A stretch of 64,000 nucleotides of DNA from Caecitellus pseudoparvulus. Lineage: Eukaryota; Protista; Bigyra: Bicosoecida. The position numbers and the translations under genes were made by a program. Numbering within the stretch: position 1 is the stretch's first letter; each line of letters opens with the position of its first letter. The stretch covers positions 310,001-374,000 of the forward strand of contig CBFFRQ010000067.1 in assembly GCA_965644315.1 (NCBI GenBank), in the 5' to 3' direction. The notes under the pieces are model-generated. The model made no database searches. It was not told the origin of the DNA and worked only from the letters and a program-made list of their open reading frames with translations. This document shows, piece by piece, positions 30,516 to 40,607 of this stretch.

Positions 30516-31900
30516 GACGTCAAATATGCTGCCTGTGGGCGTCAGGGAGCAGAGGGGTGCCAATTGCGTTGTGGGCAGCACTTGTCACAACTCGCGTTGC
30601 GCTTACCAATTTCCGCTGCCTCGCACAAGCCACGCCAGCCGCCAGCGCTGCTCGCTGCGCGCTCAATGCAGCTCAGTGCAGCCACTGATCGAGCTTTGGT
30701 GCTTTGTTCTTCACCATAGAAATGTCTATGGCGTGGGGAATTTGCTCCGACCTCGCTTCTGCTGCACTTCGCTCCAGTGGACTGCCTGAACGCAGCTCGT
30801 GCCCTCTCAACTCGCCCAGACCCTGTCGCCCAATCCAGCGGCAGGTTTGATCCCTTGGGCTTCCGCATAGACTCCTCTCTCATATTCCCCGTCATGAAAC
30901 CCACTTCGAACACTGTGGAAGGCAAGGCTGCTCCTTCAGTCTGTCGATCGTGTGTGAGGCGAAAGCCTGTACCATCCACTCCAAGCCCAACAACAGCATG
31001 GAGCGCAGGATGCCTGGGTTCAAACGATTGCTGTACACTCATCCTGGAGCAAAGGAATACCCCAGCATGGCCAGCTGGTGTCCGGAGCTAGCCTCGGTTT
31101 ACATCACCTGGACCCTTACCGCCAGGCTCTCATGCTACGATGCCGAGACGTGGTACCTGCTCCCCACACCACCCCAGGCTCCAGCAACGCGCCAGCAGCC
31201 CTGGTGGCGCGTCGGTCCTCCTGTGCACTGGGCAGTGTCTGCAGTCTGGTGTGTCCTTCACCGGTGTCCGATTCGCAGTCGTCGCAGACCACCCTGCGAG
31301 CTGGGCGCCGCTGCAAGACCTGTGCGACGATTGATGGCACAGCACCTTTTGAAAGTGCACAACTGAGCAGTGTTGGTCCGTACATCCAGTTCACACGCTG
31401 CGTTGATGCTGGCCTCGTCTGAGCACTGCCGAGACCGATGCTGGATTCATTGGAGTCTTTGCCCACACAGTGGATCTGACAGTCCAGAGAGCCGCCTGGA
31501 CCCCACACGGGAGGCAGGGACCAAACAAAGGCAAGTACGGCCAGCAAGGTGCGTATGCTGCTGGACAGGATGGTAGAATGGCGAATCGGATGAAATCGTT
31601 ACCACACCTAGGCACTGCAAGTGGCGTGGATGCAGCGGAATGTACTGCAGTGCACTCAGAAACGGAAGAACAAATCCAAAGGCTCGGTGTGACCTCATGT
31701 AGGCCAGCTCTGGCTTGCGTTCGTGAGCATTCCTGCGTGGTAGGTGATTGACTGCGGTGGTGTTTGGCGTGCAAAATCCGCAGCTGCCACGATCATTGCC
31801 CTCGCCGTTGCACAGCTGATTTCGCAGTTTTATCCCGGGCCACGAGGGGTATCAGACTTCCAAAGTAACGGCACATTGTCTCTGCACCTTGCTTTGCGCC

Positions 31901-32335
31901 ATGTCTCGCGGAAACCAGCGTGAGTGGCAGTGCTTCTTTGGGCGTGCTGTGGAGGAAACGCCGATGACGTTGGCTGCATTGCTGCACGACGACGCTGCCA
32001 GTAAGTTCGTGCTCTCGCATTTGCACAGGTGACGTGGATCGAGCACGCGCTCAGAAGCGCGCTGCCAAGGCTGGCAAGAAGAAGGGCTCTTCCGGGACAG
32101 CTGGCTCTGCGTTGGGCGTGGCGGCTCGCAACGCAACGTGAGTGCAGTGACACGGCTGCTGGCCCCTCCATCCCTCCACTCGCTCCACTGTACACTCCAC
32201 AGGGACGCCGAGCGCCTGGCCGCTAAGATCGCTGCCAAGAAGGCTGCCAAGGCGGGCGGCGGCACTGCAGCGGCGGCTGCTGCTGGAGGCGGTGGCGCAA
32301 AGCGATCAGGCGGCGCCAAGGCGTCCAAGAAGTGA
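31901..32335 (+). CDS. SERF: Small EDRK-rich factor (SERF/4F5 family)
   Basis: Exons 31901-31919, 32029-32137 and 32203-32335 give MSRGNQRDVDRARAQKRAAKAGKKK...ARNATDAERLAAKIAAKK...SKK*. M(T/S)RGNQR is the SERF hallmark. The gene is not visible as a single ORF in the track. Confidence 0.88.
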
Positions 32336-32639
32336 CCACCTCAATGCACCTTGCAGCGAGCAGGCGGCGCCAAGGCGTCCAAGAAGTGACCACCTCAATG
32401 CACCTTGCAGCGATCAGGCGGCGCCAAGGCGTCCAAGAAGTGACCACCTCAATGCACCTTGCAGCGATCAGGCGGCGCCAAGGCGTCCAAGAAGTGACCA
32501 CCTCAATGCACCTTGCAGCGATCAGGCGGCGCCAAGGCGTCCAAGAAGTGACCACCCCAATGCACCTTGCAGCGATCAGGCGGCGCCAAGGCGTCCAAGA
32601 AGTGACCACCTCAATGCACCTTGCAGCGGTCAGGTGGCG
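32301..32639. repeat. 54-bp tandem repeat, 6 full copies plus a partial copy, spanning the SERF stop codon
   Basis: Unit agcgatcaggcggcgccaaggcgtccaagaagtgaccacctcaatgcaccttgc starts at 32301, 32355, 32409, 32463, 32517, 32571 and partially at 32625. Full copies differ only by isolated substitutions. Confidence 0.97.
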
Positions 32640-32669
32640 AGTGGGGCCTGTCCACCTGGTGCGCCTTGC

Positions 32670-34220
32670 TCAGTCGGAGTCGCTGTTGAAGTGCAGGAGG
32701 TCGAAGGGACTGCCTTCGCGGCTGGAGCGGCGGCGGGGGGCGCCATGTGCGGACTCCTGGGGGGCCTGGGGCGTGATGGAGGGGCTTCCACCCCCCCCTC
32801 CTGCCGCAGCCGCCACTGCAGGGGTGTGGGGGCCGCTGTGTGACCCCGTGTGGGGGGAGTCCTGCGCTCCACTGGCCAGGTCCCGGGCATGCTGCAGGAG
32901 GCTGAGGAGGCCACTGTGCAGCTCGTGGGCGGACTGCTGCGAGGGCGCCGACTCCCCGGCATCTTCCAGGCTGGCTCGCATGGCCTGCAGCAGCATGAGG
33001 CGCTCCATGAGGTCCAGGTCCGCCTCAGAGGGGCCGGGGGAGGGGGTAGAGGGGGGGGGTCCTGCGCCCCATCGCCGCCCCCTGCCCCGACCAGCAGCAG
33101 GGCCCAGGTCCTCGCCACGGGCGTTGTGGCGCCGGCGTGGGGTGGACCGTGCGGCGTGCCTGAGCCCCCTTTCACCCCCCCCCCACCGCCTGCTTTGGGG
33201 GGGTGATCGCTCGGCTGACAGGGAGGCACTGCGGTCTCGTTTGGCAGCCTCCAGCTGGGCAGACAGCATGTCTGCCGTCTGTGCCGCCACCATGGCCTCC
33301 AGTTGCTGGCGCTGGGCGACGCTGGCTGTGGCGACGGGCTCTGGACTGGCTGCTGCGCTGCTGGCTCCAGTGGCGGCCGGCGCGACGGCTGCCTTGCTCT
33401 TGGCTGCTGCCTGGGCTCGGAGCACGCCGGCACAGTGCTTGGAGCAGTCCTCTGAGCAGGTCACCTTGAATGCGTCGCGTGTGCAGTAGGGGCAACTGCG
33501 GGGGGAGGTGTGACCAGGGCAGTTCGCCGACATGAAGGCCAGCGAAGTGCCAGTCGCGTCACTCACGGCTTGTCACAGGCGGGGGTTTGGACGAAGAGGA
33601 AGCACTCGGAGCAGAGGGGCTGGGAGCAGCATGATGTGGAATTGATGGGTCCAGCATACTCGTGGAAACACACGGGGCACTGCGGTGCGTGGGAGAGGAA
33701 GCGGGCGTGGGAAGGGCAGTGCAGCTGCGGCTTCTGAGTCCGAGTGCGGAGCTGCCGCGGAGCGAGACAGGGCGAGGGCAACGCGCACCTCGGTGACGAC
33801 GACGCCCTCAGGTGCACAGTCCTCTGCCAGAGGTGGCCAGCGTGGGGCCAGGGAGCCTGGGCGGGCGGAGCGTGCCAGAGAAGCACCGTGATGTTGAGCG
33901 TCGTGAAGGTCGGCGCAGCACTTTCGCAGAGCAGGGGGCGAGGGGGTGGTTTGAGACGCCGGGCGAAGTCAGGACGCACCTTCCAGGACGCGCTGTCGAA
34001 TGGTGGACGCAGGGAAGTTGGGCTTGCCAGGGTACACGCCGTTGTTGCCAAGAAACTGCTCCAGCGGCGAGGGAGGCTTGCTGTGCACCGGCGCTGCAGC
34101 AGGCGGCTGATGGGAAACGCCAACGTGTGAGCTTTTGACAGGGCCTTCCCTGGGGGGCGTGCGCCCCGTCTGCACGTGGCTTGTGGACCCTGATCGGGCC
34201 TTGGAGCTCTTGCCGCCCAT
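32670..34220 (-). CDS. DA2/GW2/Sip5-like RING-type E3 ligase with N-myristoylation-like start
   Basis: Four exons give MGGKSSK...GVYPG...RQRVLEGSLAPRW...TECPVCFHEYAGPINSTSCCSQPLCSECFLFVQ...PCPYC...FKV, which matches the GW2/DA2 pattern LAPC...EECPICF..Y..LNRS.CC...ICTECF...CPFC. A late LMLLQAMRASL motif is present. Confidence 0.8.
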
Positions 34221-34479
34221 GGGGTGGTGTTGCTATGCCGGCAGGGCCACTGGCGTGGCGAGGTCAGCTCGCGTTGAGTGAAACGCAAGTGACGGGATGC
34301 TTCACCACGGCGCCTCGCAGAGTGACACACGTGCTAGGCAATGGCTACAAGCAAGGCTAAAACCTGGCACTCAATCCGCGTGTTGTTGCAGTCATGCGTG
34401 ATCTGGCTGCCCGTCGCAAGTGCATTGTCGCTGCGGCAGGGGCACGGAGCGGATTCCGTGCTGGGGCTACCTTGGGGGC

Positions 34480-35260
34480 TTACTCAGACACCCAGGCGGC
34501 GGCGCAGGAGGTCCAGGTCTTGGTCTCGCCGCCGAACCACAGGTCGATCTCCTTCTTGGCGTTCTCCACGGTGTCGCTGTGAAAGGCGGCCAGGCAGCAG
34601 GGCAGGTGTATCCGCGACGCTTCGGGCCAACGCTTGACCCAGCGCGCTGCGCTGCCGCCGGCTCACTCACCTGCCGTGGCAGACGTTGCGGCCAACCTCG
34701 ATGCAGAGGTCACCACGGATGGTGCCGGGGGCAGAGTCGGCGGGGTTGGTGGCGCCCAGCAGGACACGGCCGGTCTTCACGGCGCCCTTGCCCTCCCACA
34801 CCATGCAGCAGACGGGGCCAGACAGGATGTACTCCACCAGGCCGGCGAAGAAGGGCTTGGAGGACAGGTCAGCGTAGTGCTTCTCCACCAGCTCCTTGCT
34901 GGGGGTCTCCAGCTTCAGGGCGACCAGCTTGAAGCCCTGTGTCGAGCGGCGCGGTGTGGTGCAGTGCCGCAGGGCATTGCGCACAAGCCCCGCAGCTGCG
35001 GCGCGGCCCCGCCACGCACCTTCTTCTCGAAGCGGCCGATGATCTCACCTGGGAAAGGGGGAGGGGGTGGAGGTGACCGCGTGCGGCGGCGCGGCCAGGG
35101 CGGCTCCGCAAGCGTGCAGCGGCAGTGTCACCGCGCCAGCTGTTCGTGCAGGGCGAGCAGGCCAGCGCAGAAACACGCTCCACGCACCGACGAGGCCACG
35201 CTGGACGCCATCGGGCTTGATCATGATGTAGGTCTGCTCGGCAGAGGCGGCGGCAGCCAT
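34480..35260 (-). CDS. NDK: Nucleoside diphosphate kinase, group I
   Basis: Exons 35260-35188, 35048-35020, 34936-34671 and 34576-34480 give [29 protein letters not shown]...HY...KPFF..LV...SGPV..MVWEG...PGTIRGD...GRNVCHGSD...EIDLWF. The catalytic His is in NxxHGSD. Confidence 0.97.
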
Positions 35261-35677
35261 GGTGACGAGTTGGGGGATCTGTGGTGGCGAGGGCGGTGCA
35301 GCGGAAAGTAACCCGATGAGCGGCTGTGGCGTGCGGGGAGGCTGGGAGGCTCACGTGGGGAGAAGGGCAGAAGAGGTGCCGGGGGCGGACGGTGCGGGGT
35401 GGATGCGAGTATGTGTGAAGTTTGTGGAGAGTGGCGGGCGCGGGCCACTGCAGCACGCGCCGTCGACTGCACAGGGAAGGGTGTGGGCCGATTTCCGCAC
35501 GGACGGCAACGCAGGCGACTGGGCTCCACAGTGCCCCGTGCCGGCACAAAACAAACAACACCTCAGACTCTTCCCGAAATTGTCCGACACTCACTGCTTC
35601 CAAATTCACACGTTCACCCCGCTCGGTTGCGGATCTCTGCTTCCGGAAACGTGCGTCGGGAAGCCAGCTCTGCGCAC

Positions 35678-36999
35678 ATGGCACACCCACTACAAGGTTG
35701 GGGCGCTCCCCAAGGCGTGGCGGCGCCGGTGCCGGCCTTCTTCGGAGCTCCCTACGGTACCATGCAGGGGGCGCGCAGCATGCCCATGCAGCCCGTGTGG
35801 CAGCAGGCCCAGCGCCGGCACTCGCATTACCCGCTCATGGCCACGCATGCGCCGGGAGCCGTGTCAGGACACGTTCCCAGCGTCAGCATGCCACCTCACG
35901 GGCCGGGCCAGGGCGTGCCCAAGAGCACGGTGGACACGGCCGTGCAGTCGTTGGACTGCCTTGCCGAGGCAGCGGCTCTGCAGCTCCGCTCCCTGAAGAG
36001 CTCTGCGGGTGGAGTGGAGGCGGCAGCTGCACTGCACCACGCGCCAGCACAAGCACATCAGCTGCCGACGTGGGCGCAGACGAGCAGGGCACGGGCTGGG
36101 CAGACGCCGTCTCCCCCTTCTCGACCTGGCTTCGTGCCGCCCCCCTCCCCCATCACCATGCCCATGTCCCAGGTGTGTGCGAGGCGGCGGCAGTTGCCTT
36201 GTGACGTCGGCCGCGTCACCTCACCCACGCCGCCGATCACAGAGCCAGCCCACCCCGGCGCTGGAGCACAAAAAGTCACCCAGCACTGTGTCAGCTCCAG
36301 GCCCTTCAATCAACGGTGTGCAGCTGGTGCGTAGCGCGCAGGGCAGGCGGGCGGCGCAAGTATCCATCGGCGGCTTTGCGGGTTTCTCCGTTTCTTTCCG
36401 CTTCTCGCAAACGTTGCCGAGACGCTGTCCGCACACTCAGCACGCGCCACACGCCGCCCCCGCGCCCGCACACAGCAACCTGCCGCCGAACGACATGCGG
36501 GGGTGATGGCATTCTACCAGCGGGCGTCCTCCGCCCCCCACCACACCGGCAAGTGCGTGCTCGGCAACCTGCGGCTTCGCTTCCGCTGCCAACTTCTCCG
36601 CTGCACACTGCCATCAACTGCACGCCACTGCACTCGCCGGCTCCTCCCTCGCACAGAGTGGGGGATTTCTCGCCCGTGCAACGCAAGGAGCTGCTGCAGA
36701 AGTTCTACAAGCGCCGCCGAGGGCGGGTGTGGAAGAAGAAAGTCCGGTGCGTTCCGCCGCTTTCCCGCACTTGCACGTGGCAGCAGCGCTGTTCAGCTGA
36801 TCACCTCACGCCCCCCACGTGCCTCGCTTCCCACAGGTATGCCTGCAGGAAAACCCTTGCGAATGGCCGTCTGCGCATCAAGGGGCGCTTTGTCAAGGAA
36901 GGCTCCCCCGAGGAGGTCCAGTACCGCAAGCAGCAAGCGGAAGCTGCCGCTGAGCGAGCTGGGCGTATTTCCGCGCTCAATGCGCCGGTCGTGCTGTGA
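35678..36999 (+). CDS. CCT-motif protein (putative transcriptional regulator)
   Basis: C-terminal RKELLQKFYKRRRGRVWKKKVR|YACRKTLANGRLRIKGRFVK across an intron. Low-complexity N-terminus. About 5 exons reconstructable; start uncertain. Confidence 0.85.
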
Positions 37000-37133
37000 G
37001 GCGGCAGCCACACACGCGCCAGCGCGCACCCCAGCCCCCCCCTCCACGTTCCAAACCATGCATGTTTACCCCTGTGCCGTCCCGTCGGCTGTGTGCCAAC
37101 CTGAAATGCAGTGCATTCACATTCAAGACACCC

Positions 37134-38458
37134 TCAGCTGAACTGCGCAGCGAGGGCTGGCAGCAGTCCACCCGACACAGCTGTCCAGCCCATGCCGTCT
37201 TCCAACCCCTCCAGCCACGCGACGGCTCTCGCTGCCCCGCCGTCCTCGTCCCCCAGGTGCACACTGGAGATGCGAGTCGTGCCGTGCAGCAACAGCCGCT
37301 GCACTGCGCCGGGCGTTTCCATGGACAGCCGCTCGCCCCTTGACTCGGCGCTCTGCAACGCTGCCGCAGTCTGACGCGACACGTGCAGCGCGAAGGCCCT
37401 GCCTAGCAGAGCAGTGGGGGCTGGCAGGCCCCGTGAGTCGGCAGTGCAGTCCAGGTGGGCCGCCGCCACTTGCAGCAGCCCCACCATGGCTGGGTTCCAC
37501 GCGGCGTCGCCGAGGCCGGGCGTGTTGGAAACGTCCACCCACACACACATGCGAGGCGCCGTGGCGTGCACAGCTGCGACGCCAGCCTGGAACGCCTTCA
37601 GACAAGGCAACACCGAAGGCATGCTTTTGGCATCCACAGGCACCACCAGTGTCACGCCGCCCTTCTGCAGGCTCAGCGCTGAGAGGCGGTGCAGCACTGG
37701 CGCGTGCGTTTCCAGCGTGGCCACGGCGAACGCAGCAGCCTGCTCCTCCGCTTCCGTGGGCTCTGGCTCGTCGGACGGCGGGTCATCCCGGGTCATGCTG
37801 GAGAAGGCCAGGAACAGGATGACCAGCACCAAGAAGGCGTTGTGTGGCACGCCCACGACGGCCCACGCCACCTCGCGCAGACTGGCCAGGATGGCGTCTG
37901 GCGTGTCCCACCGCATGCCACCGCCCGCCTGCTTCCTCTCCGGCGCCTGCTCGCCCACCCACTCGTACTGGGGCACGTCTTCGTACACGATGCGGCTGTA
38001 CAGGCGCCCATACGCGTCCCGGAACATCATGCGGCGGGCCACACGCCGGTACACTACGCGGTAGCCAGGCGGCGGCCGGTGCACTCTGTGACCACGACCA
38101 TGACCACGCGAGTCTCCGCCCCGCAACTCTGCGTCGTACTTGCGACGCTCATCAGCATCGCTCAGCACCTGGTGAGCGGCGCTGATCTCGATGAACCGCT
38201 CCTGCGCATCGGCCTCCGTGCTCTGCGCAGCGGAAATTGAACCAGGCCCTGCGACGCCTGCACGGCAGGCTGCACGACGCAGTGGGGACGCACTTTGTCT
38301 GGGTGGTACTTGCGGGCCAGCTTCTTGTACGCCCTGCGCACGTCCTCCGTCGTCGCCGAAGGCGTCAGGCCCAGCACTTCGTAGTGCGAGGCGCTGTTTC
38401 CAAGCACCGGCAGGGACAGCGCCAAGGCCACGCTCGCAAGGACTGCCCACCGAGCCAT
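37134..38458 (-). CDS. Signal-peptide DnaJ-domain membrane protein (DNAJC-type)
   Basis: Signal MARWAVLASVALALSLPVLG; J domain HYEVLGL...VRRAYKKLARKYHPDK | ...QERFIEISAAHQVLSD.DERRKYD across one intron; TM segment AFLVLVILFLAFSSM. Confidence 0.88.
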
Positions 38459-38598
38459 GCCGGCACACTCCCGCAGCGCACTACCACCGCCAAGGCGTTC
38501 ACAGCACGTATCCCCTTTCATCACACCACCCACACTGGCTTGCCTTCATCAGGTGCATTGTGCCGTGTGGGGCGGTGTGTTGCTTGCCGAGCTCACCT

Positions 38599-40164
38599 TC
38601 ACGCCTCAGACGTGTGTGCAGGCAGCACGACGCCGCGGCACTCGCCAAAGCCCACGCGCAGGCCGTCCTTCTCGCAGTGCCCCTTGATGATGACCTCGTC
38701 GCCGTCTGCCAGGAACTTGCGCTCCACGCCTTCCGTCAACTGCACTGGCTTCGAGCCCTTCCACGACAGCTCCAGCATGCTGCCGAAGCTGTCGGGCGTG
38801 GTGCCGGAGATGGTGCCACTGCCGTAGCAGTCGCCGGGCTGCATGTTGCACCCCGTCACGGTGTGGTGCACCAGCTGCTGCTTCACGTTCCAGTACATGT
38901 GTGTGTAGTTGGAGCGGGAGACGACGTACCCATCCGCCTCCTTGCTGTCTGCCGGCTTGATGGCCACGGTGAGCTTGACGTCGTAGGAGGAGTAGGTGGG
39001 GTCACGCAGGTACGGCAGGGGTTCGGGGTCGGTCTGTGACCCCGCCGAGGTGGGTGCACGGAACGCCTCCAGCGCATCCAGCGTGACCACCCAGGGGGAG
39101 ATGGTGGTGGCGACGTTCTTGGCGGTGAAGGGGCCCAGGGGCACGTACTCCCACTTCTGGATGTCCCGCGCAGACCAGTCGTTCATGAGCACCAGGCCGA
39201 AGATGTGCTGCTCCGCGTCCGCCATGGGGATGGGGTCGCCCAGCTTGTTCCCGGGGCCCACGAAGGCACCCATCTCCAACTCGAAGTCGAACAGGCGGCA
39301 GGGGCCGAAGACGCTGCCTGCCTTGGGGTCCGTGGCGTCCTTCTGCAGCTGGCCACGGGGACGGCGCACAGCTGTGCCGGAGGTGACGATGCTGCTGGCA
39401 CGGCCGTGGTAGCCGACTGGCAAGTGCAGCCAGTTCGGTTGCAGGGCGTTGTCAGCGCCGCGGAACATGGTGCCGACGTTGGTGGCGTGCTCCCGAGACG
39501 AGTAGAAGTCCGTGTAGTCGCCGATGGTGGCGGGCAGGTGCATGGTGACGGTGGACAGCTCGTGCATGACCGCCGCTTGCAGTGACGCGTCGCTTTGCAG
39601 GGCCGGGTTGGAGCCGGAGAAGAGGGCCTGCAGGCGCTCACGGGCATCGCGCCAGGCGCCGCGCCCTGCTGCCATGAATGCGTTCAGGGTGGTCTGCGGC
39701 GAGGGGTGCGCGACGTGCCGTGATGCGAAGCACGGCGTGTTGATCTCCAACACCTGCGGAAGTTGACCTCCGCCGCACGCCTCGCGCGGCACGCACCTCG
39801 GCCAGCGTGTCCGCGTACACAGCATCGAAGTGCCCAGCCTTGGCCAGAGCCTTCAGGTCCACAGCCTGTGCAGGGGCGCGCAGGGGGGCCGCCGTGAGGT
39901 CGTGACGGCACAGCAGTGGCGCGCTGTTCTCTGGCTGCGGGTAGCATCAGTGCCAGCTCAGGCACAGCCACTCACCTTGGTGCCGATGGCCGTGCCGATG
40001 CGGGGCCCGTCGCCGCCCTCCGGCGTGAACACGCCAAAGGGGATGTTGTGGATGGTCCAGTCGCAGTCAGCGGGCATGTCCACCCAGGTGGTTAGGGCGC
40101 TGCCGCCGCTTGCTGTAGCTGCCATGTCGATGCGAGCTTTCTTGGCTGGGCTTTCAGCTGCCAT
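38599..40164 (-). CDS. FAH: Fumarylacetoacetase
   Basis: HNIPFGVF...[97 protein letters not shown]. Introns 39866-39975 and 39694-39796. Confidence 0.97.
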
Positions 40165-40607
40165 TGGGTGAGTCCCAACGAGCACAGGGAATGCAGGGGC
40201 GGACGCAAGGCAGGCGAGCACGAGGTGGGGTCTCGGATCTTGGCGCAGTGCAGGGAAAGTGGCCGGCGAGGCGGCTTTGAGCAGCTTGCTCTCTGGGCCG
40301 AATTCCGCAGACGTAGCTGGGCAGCCCGCCTGCCGTCATCGAGGCGTGTGAATCACAGTGCCGTTGCGGGCAAAATAAATGCAGGCGCTGTCTGTGGCGC
40401 CCATGCAAGCTGCTCACCCCTGCTGTGTGCCGCCCCTCGACCTCCGCTGTTGTGAAGGAATGCCTGGACAACCCAACTGCACAACCAGCAACGGAAGGCC
40501 ACGTCGCAACGCTGCCCTGAAGCCGCCTGCGGTGCACAGCAGGCCCACCCAGTAAGGGTAGTGCCCTTCCCACTTGCTACTGCAGTGACCCACGCGAGAG
40601 CTGCAGC

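Larger units (their letters stand above)
24401..30630. mobile_element. Possible non-autonomous TIR element carrying the Sel1-repeat gene
   Basis: 24401-24437 (gcttgtcgcgag...attggtaagtgcaa) is an imperfect inverted copy of 30597-30630 (reverse complement gcttgtgcgag...attggtaagcgcaa). The outer flanks are cacgca (24395-24400) and cacgcc (30631-30636). No transposase was recognised. Confidence 0.25.

Noticed and set aside
24324-31900. Endogenous virophage, Polinton or autonomous transposon
   Set aside because: No integrase, transposase, polymerase, capsid or packaging ATPase motifs are present, and there is no strongly AT-rich block.
32301-32639. CRISPR array or repeat-protein ORFs (32292..32843, 32332..33489, 32223..32609)
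   Set aside because: These are head-to-tail identical units without spacers. The ORFs arise because the unit length is a multiple of 3.
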